A stretch of DNA of 64,000 bases, from NCBI GenBank assembly GCA_002269645.1, contig NIVC01001059.1:124001-188000 (forward strand). Reading direction: 5' to 3'. The DNA comes from Macrostomum lignano (taxonomy: Eukaryota). The stretch's first letter is position 1. Each line of letters starts with the position of its first letter. The notes below the pieces were generated by a model. The model did not search any database. It was not told where the DNA came from and was given only the letters and a program-made list of their open reading frames with translations. This document shows positions 24,667 through 36,800 of this stretch, piece after piece. Position numbers and translations under genes: made by a program.

Positions 24667-25844
24667 TAATGCTAGATTGAGCCAGTGGCGCTGGACTGCG
24701 GGGCTGTCTGGCAGCCTTCACTATCTGGAGTATTTTGCATATTTCTGGACCATCTTGTTGATTGTGTAGAAATTTTCTTGTCCGGGGGGGGGGGCTGTCG
24801 CAGTCTCTACCTCTGCCCCCGCCCGACCAGCAACCGGCCTCGGCCGCCCCCACTCGCCCAGTCAGTCTGCTTTCACAGCCGGCCCGCGGACTCAAAAAGT
24901 TTATTCTGTGTGGCCGTTTTTACTGTGAAGCCCAAAACAGCTTATATAATTAATATATAATTTTACTGATTATGGCTATTACTAATGCCCGCTAATCTCG
25001 CGTCGTTCTCTGCAATTTTATCTTGAAAATTTTTGTTTTGTCTTCAAAATTCAATTTGTCTCATTGCAATTTTTTAATGCGGTTTTCTGCACTGCACCCA
25101 CCGGACCATGGAGCTCGAGACTTTTGTTCGCTCTTTGTTTTTAGCGCGATTTTTAGCACCAGCTGCTCTTGTTTGCTTATTTGGTTATTATTTCAGTCGC
25201 CACTCGCAGCTGCTATTACTAATCAGTAGGACTAGGCGCGTCTTGTCCCATTCGCTGCGTGCATTTGCTGTCCTTGCCGCACCCGCCTCCTGATGTTTTA
25301 TTTCTCAATTAGTCTTTGTCCACTCCTGACTCATCCGCGCCCTTCATTCCTGCCGCCTGCGACCAGCGCTATGCAATACTACTGTTAGTAGCTTGCTCTT
25401 ATTATTTAACTCCCGCTGCGGCTCAATTCCTGTTTAGTTAACCAGCTGTCATAACTCAATATCGCTTTATTATCGTGCAAATATTTACCGTACAGAACGG
25501 CCTACTCATAGTAGCAGTAGTAGTGTCTGTCTTTGCAATCTCCTGTGCAATTTGACTGCGAGCTGGATATGAATATACTACTACTGTATTTGGAGTTCCC
25601 CAGTCTGCCTGTCTCTGTTTTTTCCCTTCGTTTTACCGTCTGCGAACTGCGAATTACAAACTTCTTTTTTATTATAAAAAATGGCACTGGATATGAGTTG
25701 CTGGTTTACCTGATGTGTTATAGAGAGGCATAGAATATACACGCAAATGCTTTATCTACTATTAGTGGTATATTCCTGTCATAACAGCTTGGCCGCTGAT
25801 TCCTGTCGGCTGCAATGATTTCCGCCAGACCGGCTTTCGTTTTC

Positions 25845-26730
25845 TTTATTATTTAATTGCCTGCTCAGGCAATTAGCGGGGGCTCTCGTGCGATTCACAC
25901 CCGTGATGGCCAACCTCCAAGGCGCTTGCCTTACTACTTGACTGACTTAACTGCAGGGCGGTCCGAAGACGCAGCGGGGAGGCGAGCGTCGCCCATTCTG
26001 CTAATCCCTGAAAGGCCGCATAGGCTAGGGCGCGGGGCCGGTCAGGGAAGTCTGCCGGTCCTGTCTGCAGCATTGTCTTCGGTGGGAGGAACCGGATGAG
26101 CCGTGGGATGTTTTCGGGCCGGCAAGCGTCGTCCAGGGACGGGTTGGGCCCGAGGTGGTCGAGCCGGTCTCGGTTGAAGGCCGGGCAGTAGCAGGCGAAG
26201 TGCTTGGCGTCTTCGTTCTCGAGGTTGCAGAAGGGGCAGAGTTCGCTCCGGCGAACACTTCGGAGGAAGCAGTGCCTGGCAAAGCAACCGTGACCTGTGA
26301 CGTGGCGGGGATCCTCAAAGGCGCAGAGAGCACGTCTGACAATGAGAAAGTCGAGGGGGAGGCAGCTGTACACCTTGTGTGAGCGTGTTTCGAGACGGAT
26401 CTTGCTGTTGACTTGGACTCAAACAGACTCGTCGCGTCGAAGGCTTGCGGACTCGAGCGCTTGACTGCAGATATCCGGTGCCTGGATCAGCGTCCTAAGC
26501 TCACCGATTTGACTCATCCGAGCTTGCCTGAGACTGAGCAGGGGCTGCAGACCGGATTTGACTGGTTCTCGGAGCTCATTCGCTGTCAGCCACTCCGACT
26601 CCGTGATAAACCCGTGGGCACCGAGCAGGGCTTTGGCAGATTCTCGACGGTCGAGTCTCGCGTCGTCAAGGAGTTCCGTGTGGACTTTTGTAAGTTCGGG
26701 GAAGATTTCTGCGAGACCCTGAGTTTGAAT
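25845..26730 (-). mobile_element. 3' end of a non-LTR retrotransposon (C-terminal zinc knuckle plus 3' UTR)
   Basis: HVTGHG...CPFCNLENEDAKHFACYCPAF is the CCHC-type end of LINE ORF2, followed by a UTR ending in an AT-rich tail. The upstream part is broken by stops. Confidence 0.7.
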
Positions 26731-27923
26731 CCAGCGGGACTCAGTTGCAAAGTGCAGTGGATCAGCGGGACTCAGTTGCAGAGTAGAGTGGATCAGCGGG
26801 ACTCAGTTGCAGAGTGGAGTGGATCAGCGGGACTCAGTTGCAGAGTAGAGTGGATCAGCGGGACTCAGTTGCAGAGTGGAGTGGATCAGCGGGACTCAGT
26901 TGCAGGGTGGAGTGGATCAGCGGGACTCAGTTGCAGAGTGCAGTGGATCAGCGGGACTCAGTTGCAGGGTGGAGTGGATCAGCGGGACTCAGTTGCAGAG
27001 TGCAGTGGATCAGCGGGACTCAGTTGCAGGGTGGAGTGGATCAGCGGGACTCAGTTGCAGAGTGCAGTGGATCAGCGGGACTCAGTTGCAGAGTGGAGTG
27101 GATCAGCGGGACTCAGTTGCAGGGTGGAGTGGATCAGCGGGACTCAGTTGCAGAGTAGAGTGGATCAGCGGGACTCAGTTGCAGAGTGGAGTGGATCAGC
27201 GGGACTCAGTTGCAGAGTAGAGTGGATCAGCGGGACTCAGTTGCAGAGTGGAGTGGATCAGCGGGACTCAGTTGCAGAGTGGAGTGGATCAGCGGGACTC
27301 AGTTGCAGAGTAGAGTGGATCAGCGGGACTCAGTTGCAGAGTGGAGTGGATCAGCGGGACTCAGTTGCAGAGTGGAGTGGATCAGCGGGACTCAGTTGCA
27401 GAGTAGAGTGGATCAGCGGGACTCAGTTGCAGGGTGGAGTGGATCAGCGGGACTCAGTTGCAGAGTGGAGTGGATCAGCGGGACTCAGTTGCAGGGTGGA
27501 GTGGATCAGCGGGACTCAGTTGCAGGGTGGAGTGGATCAGCGGGACTCAGTTGCAGAGTAGAGTGGATCAGCGGGACTCAGTTGCAGGGTGGAGTGGATC
27601 AGCGGGACTCAGTTGCAGGGTGGAGTGGATCAGCGGGACTCAGTTGCAGAGTAGAGTGGATCAGCGGGACTCAGTTGCAGAGTGGAGTGGATCAGCGGGA
27701 CTCAGTTGCAGGGTGGAGTGGATCAGCGGGACTCAGTTGCAGGGTGGAGTGGATCAGCGGGACTCAGTTGCAGGGTGGAGTGGATCAGCGGGACTCAGTT
27801 GCAGGGTGGAGTGGATCAGCGGGACTCAGTTGCAGGGTGGAGTGGATCAGCGGGACTCAGTTGCAGAGTGGAGTGGATCAGCGGGACTCAGTTGCAGAGT
27901 GGAGTGGATCAGCGGGACTCAGT
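26730..27923. repeat. 31-bp minisatellite (GTGGATCAGCGGGACTCAGTTGCAGAGTGGA), about 38 copies
   Basis: Direct periodicity; abuts the LINE fragment. Confidence 0.95.
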
Positions 27924-28869
27924 TCCTAACAGCGACAGAATTAGTTTCTTTACGAGCAAAACGAATTCCAACAAAGGCCTGGCCAGGACATTTCAACAGT
28001 AATTGCATGCACGATTATCATTGAAGTGTAACAATTTTAAGCAGACAGGTTTGATAATCTGCACCAGGGTTCTCGAGCGGCTGAGGGGCTTAGCGAGAGT
28101 CTGAGCGTTTTTTATTTTAAGTTCATCAAAGCCGACAGTCGGACCTCAGCACCGCCACAAACAGCCGTGGTAGTTACAGAGGCTTAATACAGTATTAGCA
28201 GACAGTCCAAATTCTCGAATAGAATGCATGTGGCAACCGCAGCAGGAAGGTAGAGCAGCTCACTGGGCTGCCGGGGCTAACAGGGAAGCGATGACCAGCC
28301 AGAGATATGCAAAAGGAAGCCGCGGGGAAAAGAGGATGGGAGTGCAGGAAGCTCGGGGCCGGCAGATCCGTGAAAATGAGAATAAGAGAGCTCACGGATG
28401 CGGAAGAATCTACATAACCCCGGCTCTTGAGAGTCTCTCGCTGCCTCATCTGCCTGTCTCAATATTCGAGCGGAGGACAGCGGGGCCAACGGAGCAGCCC
28501 CGGGAAGTCGCAGCTGTGGCAGCGGCAGCGGAGCGTGAAGCCCCGGGACGGACAGGGGAGGCTGCAGGCCGTGAGCGAGAATGCGGGACGCCACCTGACG
28601 GCCTGATGATGGCTGAGCGCGGAGTCGTGCATCACGAGGCTGGGGAACAACCTGTCATTGAGGCTGCGAGACGGCCTGTGATTAGCAAGAAGCTTTGAGC
28701 TTTTAGCCGAATGCCCCGAGTCCTCTGTCCGCCTTTCCACTCACTGTTTGTCTCTTGCTTGCCCCTCAAGCCTTTATTTAGCCTGCCTTGCTGTGCCTTT
28801 CTTTAGCCAACTTTTAGCCATAAATGGCCAGCTTTGCGTCATCGAGACCTGAGAGGTTGATTGCGAGAT

Positions 28870-29560
28870 GGAGATGAAGCGAGGTAGGACTGAGAGGCTA
28901 GGGGTGGAGATGAAGCTAGGTAGGACTTAGATGCGGATGAAGATGAAGCCAGGTAGGACTGAGAGGCTGAGGGTGAAGATGAAAATGAAGCCAGGTAGGA
29001 CTAAGAGGCTGAGGGTGAAGATGAAGCCAGGTAGGACTGAGGCTGGGGTAGAGATGAGCCAGGTAGGACTGAGAGGCTGAGATGCGGATGGAGATAAAGC
29101 CAGGTAGGACTAATAGGCTGAGATACGGATAAAGATGAAGCCAGGTAGGACTGAGAGGCTGAGGGTGAAGATGAAAATGAAGCCAGGTAGGACTAAGAGG
29201 CTGAGGGTGAAGATGAAGCCAGGTAGGACTGAGAGGCTGAGATGCGGATGGAGATGAAGCCAGGTAGGACTAAGAGGCTGAGGGTGAAGATGAAGCCAGG
29301 TAGGACTGAGACTCTGAGAGGCTGAGATGGGGATGGAGATGAAGCCAGGTAGGACTGAGAGGCTGAGATGCGGATGGAGATAAAGCCAGGTAGGACTAAT
29401 AGGCTGAGATACGGATAAAGATGAAGCCAGGTAGGACTGAGAGGCTGAAGGTGAAGATGAAAATGAAGCCAGGTAGGACTAAGAGGCTGAGGGTGAAGGT
29501 GAAGCCAGGTAGGACTGAGAGGCTGAGATGCGGATGGAGATGAAGCCAAGTATTTCTGAG
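28870..29560. repeat. Purine-rich minisatellite with an AAGCCAGGTAGGACT core, variable unit length
   Basis: Repeated GATGAAGCCAGGTAGGACTGAGAGGCTGA. Confidence 0.9.
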
Positions 29561-30067
29561 AGGCTGGGGTGAAGGTGAAATACTGAGAGGCAAGCATAGG
29601 GAAGTGAGGCAGAATTGAAAAAAGCGGAGGCAGGAGCCCATCGGTTATCAGCTTCATCGCTAATCAGAGTTGCCGCAGGCCAACTCGAGAGTTTCTAAGT
29701 TTATCCGCGGATTTGCAGCTCGGAGCCTGCGAGCACAGCGCAGGTGTAGCAACTCTGAGCCGAACTCCACCCACTGAACACACCGAGCACAGTGTGCCAG
29801 GTCGCCCGAGATGTAAAAAACATCACTCTTCAATTTTGAGAAACTTGCAACTTACTGAAGTCCCCGATGGCCATTCAAATTTAGCCTTCTGCTGCGTCAG
29901 CGCGGCTTTCAATTATTTGTTAATTTAGCAGGCAGTGCGCCGACTCCGATTGCAACCTGTCTGGAGCCAACCATACCTTTCACTGCCTTCCCCTGACTCT
30001 CCCTCTCTCTCGTCTACCCTCCCTATCACCCACTCTCTCATCTACACCGCCTCTTTTCACTGCTTAT

Positions 30068-31308
30068 TCACAGCTAACAGTCACAGCTAACAGTCACAGC
30101 TAACAGTCACAGCTAACAGTCACAGCTAATAGTCACAGCTAACAGTCACAGCTAACAGTCACAGCTAACAGTCACAGCTAACAGTCACAGCTAACAGTCA
30201 CAGCTAACAGTCACAGCTAATAGTCACAGCTAACAGTCACAGCTAATAGTCACAGCTAATAGTCACAGCTAATAGTCACAGCTAACAGTCACAGCTAATA
30301 GTCACAGCTAACAGTCACAGCTAACAGTCACAGCTAATAGTCACAGCTAACAGTCACAGCTAACAGTCACAGCTAACAGTCACAGCTAATAGTCACAGCT
30401 AACAGTCACAGCTAACAGTCACAGCTAACAGTCACAGCTAACAGTCACAGCTAACAGTCACAGCTAATAGTCACAGCTAACAGTCACAGCTAATAGTCAC
30501 AGCTAACAGTCACAGCTAATAGTCACAGCTAACAGTCACAGCTAATAGTCACAGCTAACAGTCACAGCTAACAGTCACAGCTAATAGTCACAGCTAACAG
30601 TCACAACTAACAGTCACAGCTAACAGTCACAGCTAATAGTCACAGCTAATAGTCACAGCTAACAGTCACAGCTAACAGTCACAGCTAATAGTCACAGCTA
30701 ACAGTCACAGCTAATAGTCACAGCTAACAGTCACAGCTAATAGTCACAGCTAACAGTCACAGCTAACAGTCACAGCTAATAGTCACAGCTAACAGTCACA
30801 GCTAACAGTCACAGCTAACAGTCACAGCTAATAGTCACAGCTAACAGTCACAGCTAACAGTCACAGCTAACAGTCACAGCTAACAGTCACAGCTAACAGT
30901 CACAGCTAATAGTCACAGCTAACAGTCACAGCTAATAGTCACAGCTAACAGTCACAGCTAATAGTCACAGCTAATAGTCACAGCTAATAGTCACAGCTAA
31001 CAGTCACAGCTAACAGTCACAGCTAATAGTCACAGCTAATAGTCACAGCTAACAGTCACAGCTAACAGTCACAGCTAATAGTCACAGCTAACAGTCACAG
31101 CTAACAGTCACAGCTAACAGTCACAGCTAATAGTCACAGCTAATAGTCACAGCTAACAGTCACAGCTAACAGTCACAGCTAATAGTCACAGCTAACAGTC
31201 ACAGCTAACAGTCACAGCTAATAGTCACAGCTAACAGTCACAGCTAACAGTCACAGCTAACAGTCACAGCTAATAGTCACAGCTAACAGTCACAGCTAAC
31301 AGTCACAG
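30068..31308. repeat. 13-bp minisatellite (CACAGCTAA[C/T]AGT), about 95 copies
   Basis: Period 13 (30121 to 30134); ends about 150 bp before the GPCR ATG. Confidence 0.95.
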
Positions 31309-31461
31309 CAGGCCATTCCATATTTTTTCGGCTTCGACGCCGAGTCAGCCATAAATCCCTTTTGGCTTCCACACTTCTTAAAATGCCCATTCCAACCTGG
31401 CTGCCAAAATGAAATCCGATTTCCGGTCCCGACTCTCAGACCGGCTTTCCAGGAGCAACCA

Positions 31462-33090
31462 ATGGAGCCTCCGCAGTCACCGCAGCAGCAGGGCGAGGAG
31501 GCCATCCGCGAGCTGCTGCGGACCCACCGCGACTCCCAGCATCACCAGCCGCTCAGCATCTTCATCACGGTCGGCCTGCTGCTCGTGGCCACCGCTGGCA
31601 CCGCCGGCAACGCTCTGGTCATCGGGTTCTTCAGCCGCACCCTGAAGGACTGGCCGTCCAATGTCTACGTCATCGCCCTGGCCACCATTGACCTGCTGGT
31701 CTGCTGCCTCGTCATCCCCGCCACGCTTTACCAGGATGTCTGGCTCGGAGCCAACACCGACGCCTCCTGCAAGGCGCTGCATCTGCTGCGCAGCTGCCTG
31801 ATCCCAGCCTCTGCCTGCCTACTCTGCCTCATCGCCGTAGACCGCTACTTGCTCATCTGCTTCGTGCCCGCGGTGCAGATCCAGCCGCGCGGCGCCGCCT
31901 TCTGGATCGCCGTCTCCGTGCTGCTGGGCGGCCTGGCCGGCGTGCCGGTCGGCCTGTCCACCGGCACCCGAGCAGCCGTACAGCTGCAGCTGCTGGACCC
32001 CCAGTCCTCGCCGACTCCGAACACCGCGGCTGCGCCGGTCGCTGCCGTCTACGGCGAGCGCTGCGTATCGGACAGCTCGCTGATTGGGCGGAGCCGCCTG
32101 GCGCAGTTCAAGCTGGCCCTCAGCTGCCTGTTCGGCATCAGCCTGGCCACCGTTGTGGCCTTCTACATCCGGATCTTCACCTTTGTTCGGCGCCGTCAAA
32201 TGCGCTGGCGGCGGGCCTCCAGAGCCCTGCGCAGCGGCAGCGCGGTGTCTGCGTCGATGGTGACGACAACAATGACGGCCAGCGCGTCTGGCCGCTCCCG
32301 CCGCCGCCTGTCCCGCCGAGGCGTTGGGGACAATGCGAACGAGGCGTCGAACGCCGCGCTGGATGCAGCCGCGGCTGTCGCGGTGACGGAGGCGGGCCGC
32401 AGCCGGCTCAGCGTGCCGCAGCACGGGCAGCCGCCGCGCAAGAGCAGCAGCTGGAGCCACATGGCTGCCGAGGCGTCCGCGGCTTCGGGCTCCGCCGCTG
32501 AGGCAAATAGCGGCGCTCCGGCTGTCGAGTCGCACAGCCTGGCCGCCCTGCCGCAGGCCGAGAGCGACTGCGAGGGCTGCGCCGGCGACGAGGAGGACGA
32601 GTTCGGCCTCCGCCGTCCGGTAGGCCCGGGCAGCGGCCGCCGCAGCCGACGACGCCACCGCCGCTGCCTGGACGAGCGCCGACGCAAGAAGCCGCACATA
32701 AAGACAGCAAAGATGCTGGCCGTCATCACCTTTTTTTACGTGCTGTCCTACCTGCCGTTCCTGGTGGTGTTCAACAAGCCCTCCATCGCCGACGCCTTCG
32801 AGAGCGAGGCTGTCGGTGACGGACCCGGCAGAAATTCCAGCGCCTCTCTGCAGACTGCGACACTGTGGAATTCAACGACTGGCCTGCAGTCGCCGGCTGG
32901 TGGGGACGCGGCAGCAGCTGACGGCTCTGTCTGGCGCGGCCTGCGCCGGGTCCTCGGGCAGACATTTTTCTACTTTTACTTCATCAACCACGGCGCGAAC
33001 CCTGTGATCTACGGCTGCATGAACACCTACTTCCGGCAGCATGTCGGCGCCATCTGCGGCTCCGTGAAGCGCTGCGGACACACTGGCTAG
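31462..33090 (+). CDS. Rhodopsin-family (class A) GPCR, 542 aa, single coding exon, long third intracellular loop; ligand unknown
   Basis: Seven hydrophobic segments with GN (TM1), LATIDL (TM2), IAVDRY (TM3), KTAKML/YLPF (TM6), NPVIY (TM7); AATAAA at about 33274. Confidence 0.92.
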   Translation: MEPPQSPQQQGEEAIRELLRTHRDSQHHQPLSIFITVGLLLVATAGTAGNALVIGFFSRTLKDWPSNVYVIALATIDLLVCCLVIPATLYQDVWLGANTDASCKALHLLRSCLIPASACLLCLIAVDRYLLICFVPAVQIQPRGAAFWIAVSVLLGGLAGVPVGLSTGTRAAVQLQLLDPQSSPTPNTAAAPVAAVYGERCVSDSSLIGRSRLAQFKLALSCLFGISLATVVAFYIRIFTFVRRRQMRWRRASRALRSGSAVSASMVTTTMTASASGRSRRRLSRRGVGDNANEASNAALDAAAAVAVTEAGRSRLSVPQHGQPPRKSSSWSHMAAEASAASGSAAEANSGAPAVESHSLAALPQAESDCEGCAGDEEDEFGLRRPVGPGSGRRSRRRHRRCLDERRRKKPHIKTAKMLAVITFFYVLSYLPFLVVFNKPSIADAFESEAVGDGPGRNSSASLQTATLWNSTTGLQSPAGGDAAAADGSVWRGLRRVLGQTFFYFYFINHGANPVIYGCMNTYFRQHVGAICGSVKRCGHTG

Positions 33091-33865
33091 ATGCAAGCTG
33101 ACTTGTGCGATGATTGGAACTATTATCAAGATTTTCATATCTATTTTTTAACTCTGAATGGTAATTATAAGGCTGGAAGCAGCTGCTGGACCGAGGTTGG
33201 CTAAAAAGGTACTTTGAGGTTTCATTAAATGCAATGGAAGCTACTCTAACACAGCTGCTTGTCTGCGATATTCAATAAAAGCTTGAACTAATTTGTGGTC
33301 CTGTGCACAATAAGACCATTGATTTTCATGTTCACAAAACTAGTGCGCCCAAAACCCAGTCTAACCGCACCTGCTGTACAGAACCGCATCTATGCTCGTA
33401 GATCCTACTCTTCTAGCACCGAGCATGCTGTTTATTCAGTAGTATATAGTGAGCTTCGCTTAAACACTATCCGTAACTGACAAAACACCGTTCATTCATA
33501 ATGTTATAAAAAAACTGAATTCTGCAAATTGCTGTCATAAGCAGTGGCATTTCTGTCTTCAATTCTTTCACCAATCAGCATTATGTAAAAAAGTAAGTCT
33601 ATTATATGAAAAGAAACATTTATTCATCCGGCAAAACACAGCTGCAGTTGGAGGGAACAAGAAGAGTAAAAAGCATCTGCAGGTCAGCGCAGGTCGTGAC
33701 GATCAGCTGGGCCTCAGCAGAACCGGCATGGGTCAAAGCAGAGCACAAAAGGAATGGAAGAGTTTCGCACAGGCTGCACCTGCTGCATGCACAGAGAATT
33801 CTGAGGCAGTCAATCAACATAGGACGGGTATGTACAGCTTAAGTAGCAACTGACGCAAACCAAGG

Positions 33866-36800
33866 TCACCTGCGGATTAAACCGGCCTGCTTGCTGCGCC
33901 GCATCTGCTGGTAGGAACTGGTAGCCGGGCCCAGGTCTGCGAAGGCAGGATAGCGTTGGAAGCTTATTGTAGCGAATTTACTTTAGCTGAGTACCTGTAC
34001 CAGTCTGTGTGCTGCCTGTGCCAGCCTGTGTGCTGCCTGTGCCAGCCTCAGTGTGTGCTGCCTGTCTGTCTCAGTGTGTGCTGCCTGTCTGTCTCAGTGT
34101 GTGCTGCCTGTCTGTCTCAGTGTGTGCTGCCTGTCTGTCTCAGTGTGTGCTGCCTGTGCCAGCCTCAGTGTGTGCTGCCTGTCTGTCTCAGTGTGTGCTG
34201 CCTGTGCCAGCCTGTGTGCTGCCTGTGCCAGCCTGTGTGCTGCCTGTGCCAGCCTGTGTGCTGCCTGTGCCAGCCTCAGTGTGTGCTGCCTGTCTGTCTC
34301 AGTGTGTGCTGCCTGTCTGTCTCAGTGTGTGCTGCCTGTGCCAGCCTCAGTGTGTGCTGCCTGTCTATCTCAGTGTGTGCTGCCTGTCTGTCTCAGTGTG
34401 TGCTGCCTGTGCCAGCCTCAGTGTGTGCTGCCTGTCTGTCTCAGTGTGTGCTGCCTGTCTGTCTCAGTGTGTGCTGCCTGTCTGTCTCAGTGTGTGCTGC
34501 CTGTCTGTCTCAGTGTGTGCTGCCTGTCTATCTCAGTGCTGCCTGTGTCTGTCTCAGTGTGTGCTGTCTGTGTCTGTCTCAGTGTGCGCTGTCTGTGTCT
34601 GTCTCAGTGTGTGCTGTCTGTCCGTCTTAGTGCCCGAGAGTCCATTAAGTAGTCCCTGATCTGTCCTGTGTCTGCCTATCCTAGATTGTCTGCTCTATGA
34701 CTGCCTGCCCCAGAGCCCGCCTGTTTCCCTCCCAGCGCACTCACGCAAGGAGTTGGCGGTCCGCATCGCAGGCGCGGTCTCGTACAGCGCATCCAACTCG
34801 TTCGTCGCGGCGGCCAACGCGCGGCCGTGGATGTCCAGACCGCGGTGCCGGTGGTGCAGCCCAGAGTTGGCGCGCTTCCCGCTGGTCCGGCCAACGCCGT
34901 TAAAGTGGCCGCCCGGAGGCGGGGTCGGCCAGTCCAGTGACGAGTACGCGCCTGGCCGTCCGCCGCTGCCGGGCCGAACCGAGGCTGCGCCGCCAGCCCG
35001 CAGAGAGGGGTGATGAGGCTGCGAGGGCTGCTGCAGCAGCTGCGGCCCGCGTCGGTCGTGCAGCGGCGGCAGAGTGCCGGACCGGGTGAAGGCGGCGAAG
35101 AGGCCCGCGTGCTGCGGATGATGGTGCGGGTGCAGCGGCAACTGGGGCTGCTGGTGATGAAGCTGTGCCTGTTGCTGACTGCCGCCAACAGTTAAGCGCG
35201 GCTGCTGCGGCGTCTTCGGCCGGTCCACGGGCGCCAGCCGGTTGAGCGGCCGGCGGCCAAAGCCGGCGATGGAGGCTGTGGCTGCCGGAGCCGCGGCGGC
35301 CAGGCCGGCGGCAGGCGCGAACGCGGGCTCGGAGCGCTGTTGCAGCGTCTTGCTGCTGATGCTGAGCAGGCCGGCCAGGTCGCCGGCCAATTGCGGATCA
35401 GCGGCCGCGGCAACGGCGGCCGAGCTCGCGTTGGCGGCAGCCGCGGCGAGTCGGGTGTGCCGGTGGCCGGGGAAACCGGCAGCATGAAGGAGGCCGCGGT
35501 GCAGCGGGCCCGCTGGCTCGTCGTCGTAATCCTCGCTGCCGATGGTGTCATCATCATCAGCGGCCTCGCCATCCTGATTGTCATCGTTGCCGCTGGCGGT
35601 GCGCTGCTGCTGGGTGAACCGGCGGGTCCGCCGGAGCCGCTCGAGGAACAGCGGCATGGACCAGCCGACCAGGCGAGCCCACAGCGAGTCGAAGGAGGCG
35701 CACTGGGCGGCGTCGCGAAGGGCGAGGCTCGGCGTTACCGGCTGCTGCGCCGCCACGGAGCGACTGCGCCGGGGCGGGGGCCGCTGCGGCTCCTCGGTTG
35801 AGGCTTCGTTGTCGATGGCGATGGCCTCCTCGACGCAGCCCTCCTGGGCGAGCAGCTCCTCGAGACCCGCGCTTTCAGGCATCAGAGCCTGCAGCCCATC
35901 AACGGAGGGACGCCGGGCGGAGAGGGCGCGGCCGACCAGCTGCAGCCTGCGGCGCGGCGCGGGGCGGATTTGAATTGATTCTTAGGGGCGGATTTGAATT
36001 GATTCTTAGGGGCGGATTTAAATTGATTCTTAGGGGCGGATTTGAATTGATTCTTAGGGGCGGATTTGAATTGATTCTTAGGGGCGGATTTGAATTGATT
36101 CTTAGGGGCGGATTTGAATTGATTCTTAGGGGCGGATTTAAATTGATTCTTAGGGGCGGATTTGAATTGATTCTTAGGGGCGGATTTGAATTGATTCTTA
36201 GGGGCGGATTTGAATTGATTCTTAGGGGCGGATTTGAATTGATTCTTAGGGGCGGATTTAAATTGATTCTTAGGGGCGGATTTAAATTGATTCTTAGGGG
36301 CGGATTTAAATTGATTCTTAGGAGCGGATTTGAATCCTTAACGAGGCTTTTAGAATTGAATCTTAGGTCCGCGCGCTACGCCCCAGCAGAACAGGGTAAC
36401 AGAACAATAGCCCTAAATTTACCTCTTGCCAAAGTGTGTGGACTTCTGGGCCGGGCAGGGCAGGCAGGGAATGAGGGAGCTCCAGGGAGAAAGTTCTCAG
36501 CTGCAGAGGAGGCAGCTGGGAGCAGGTCGATAACGAAACCGTTGCCATGCCCAGCTGCCTGGCAGATTGACAGGCCAACATTCTAAACAGCAGCATCATT
36601 AAAAATGCATGCGGCATAGCACCTGTAAAAAGCTACACACGTACGCAGGTGCTAAAATTATGAATATAAAGTGCCGCAGGCGCATACCCGATGTCCGACT
36701 GCTCGGCGAGTTCCTGTTCCTCGGCTGGCCGCGGCGTTGCATCGTCAGAGCTGGGTGGCGGCGCGGCCCGGTGCGCGAATCCCGGCTCCCTGGGCGGCGC

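Noticed and set aside
28195-28740. ORFs of 84-156 aa upstream of the GPCR
   Set aside because: No homology I recognise, and no phase-compatible splice into the GPCR frame was found.
31477-33138. Antisense ORFs over the GPCR (likewise over FAM149 at 34697-35973 and srpk at 63141-63929)
   Set aside because: Shadows of GC-rich coding sequence with no recognisable motifs.
34695-34744. Track's C-terminus of FAM149 ([16 protein letters not shown])
   Set aside because: A GTGAGT donor at 34744 and an in-phase terminal exon at 33936-33866 followed by AATAAA fit better, though retention cannot be excluded.
35962-36335. TTAGGG in each unit, suggesting an interstitial telomere
   Set aside because: Only one hexamer per 24-bp unit, not tandem telomeric repeats.
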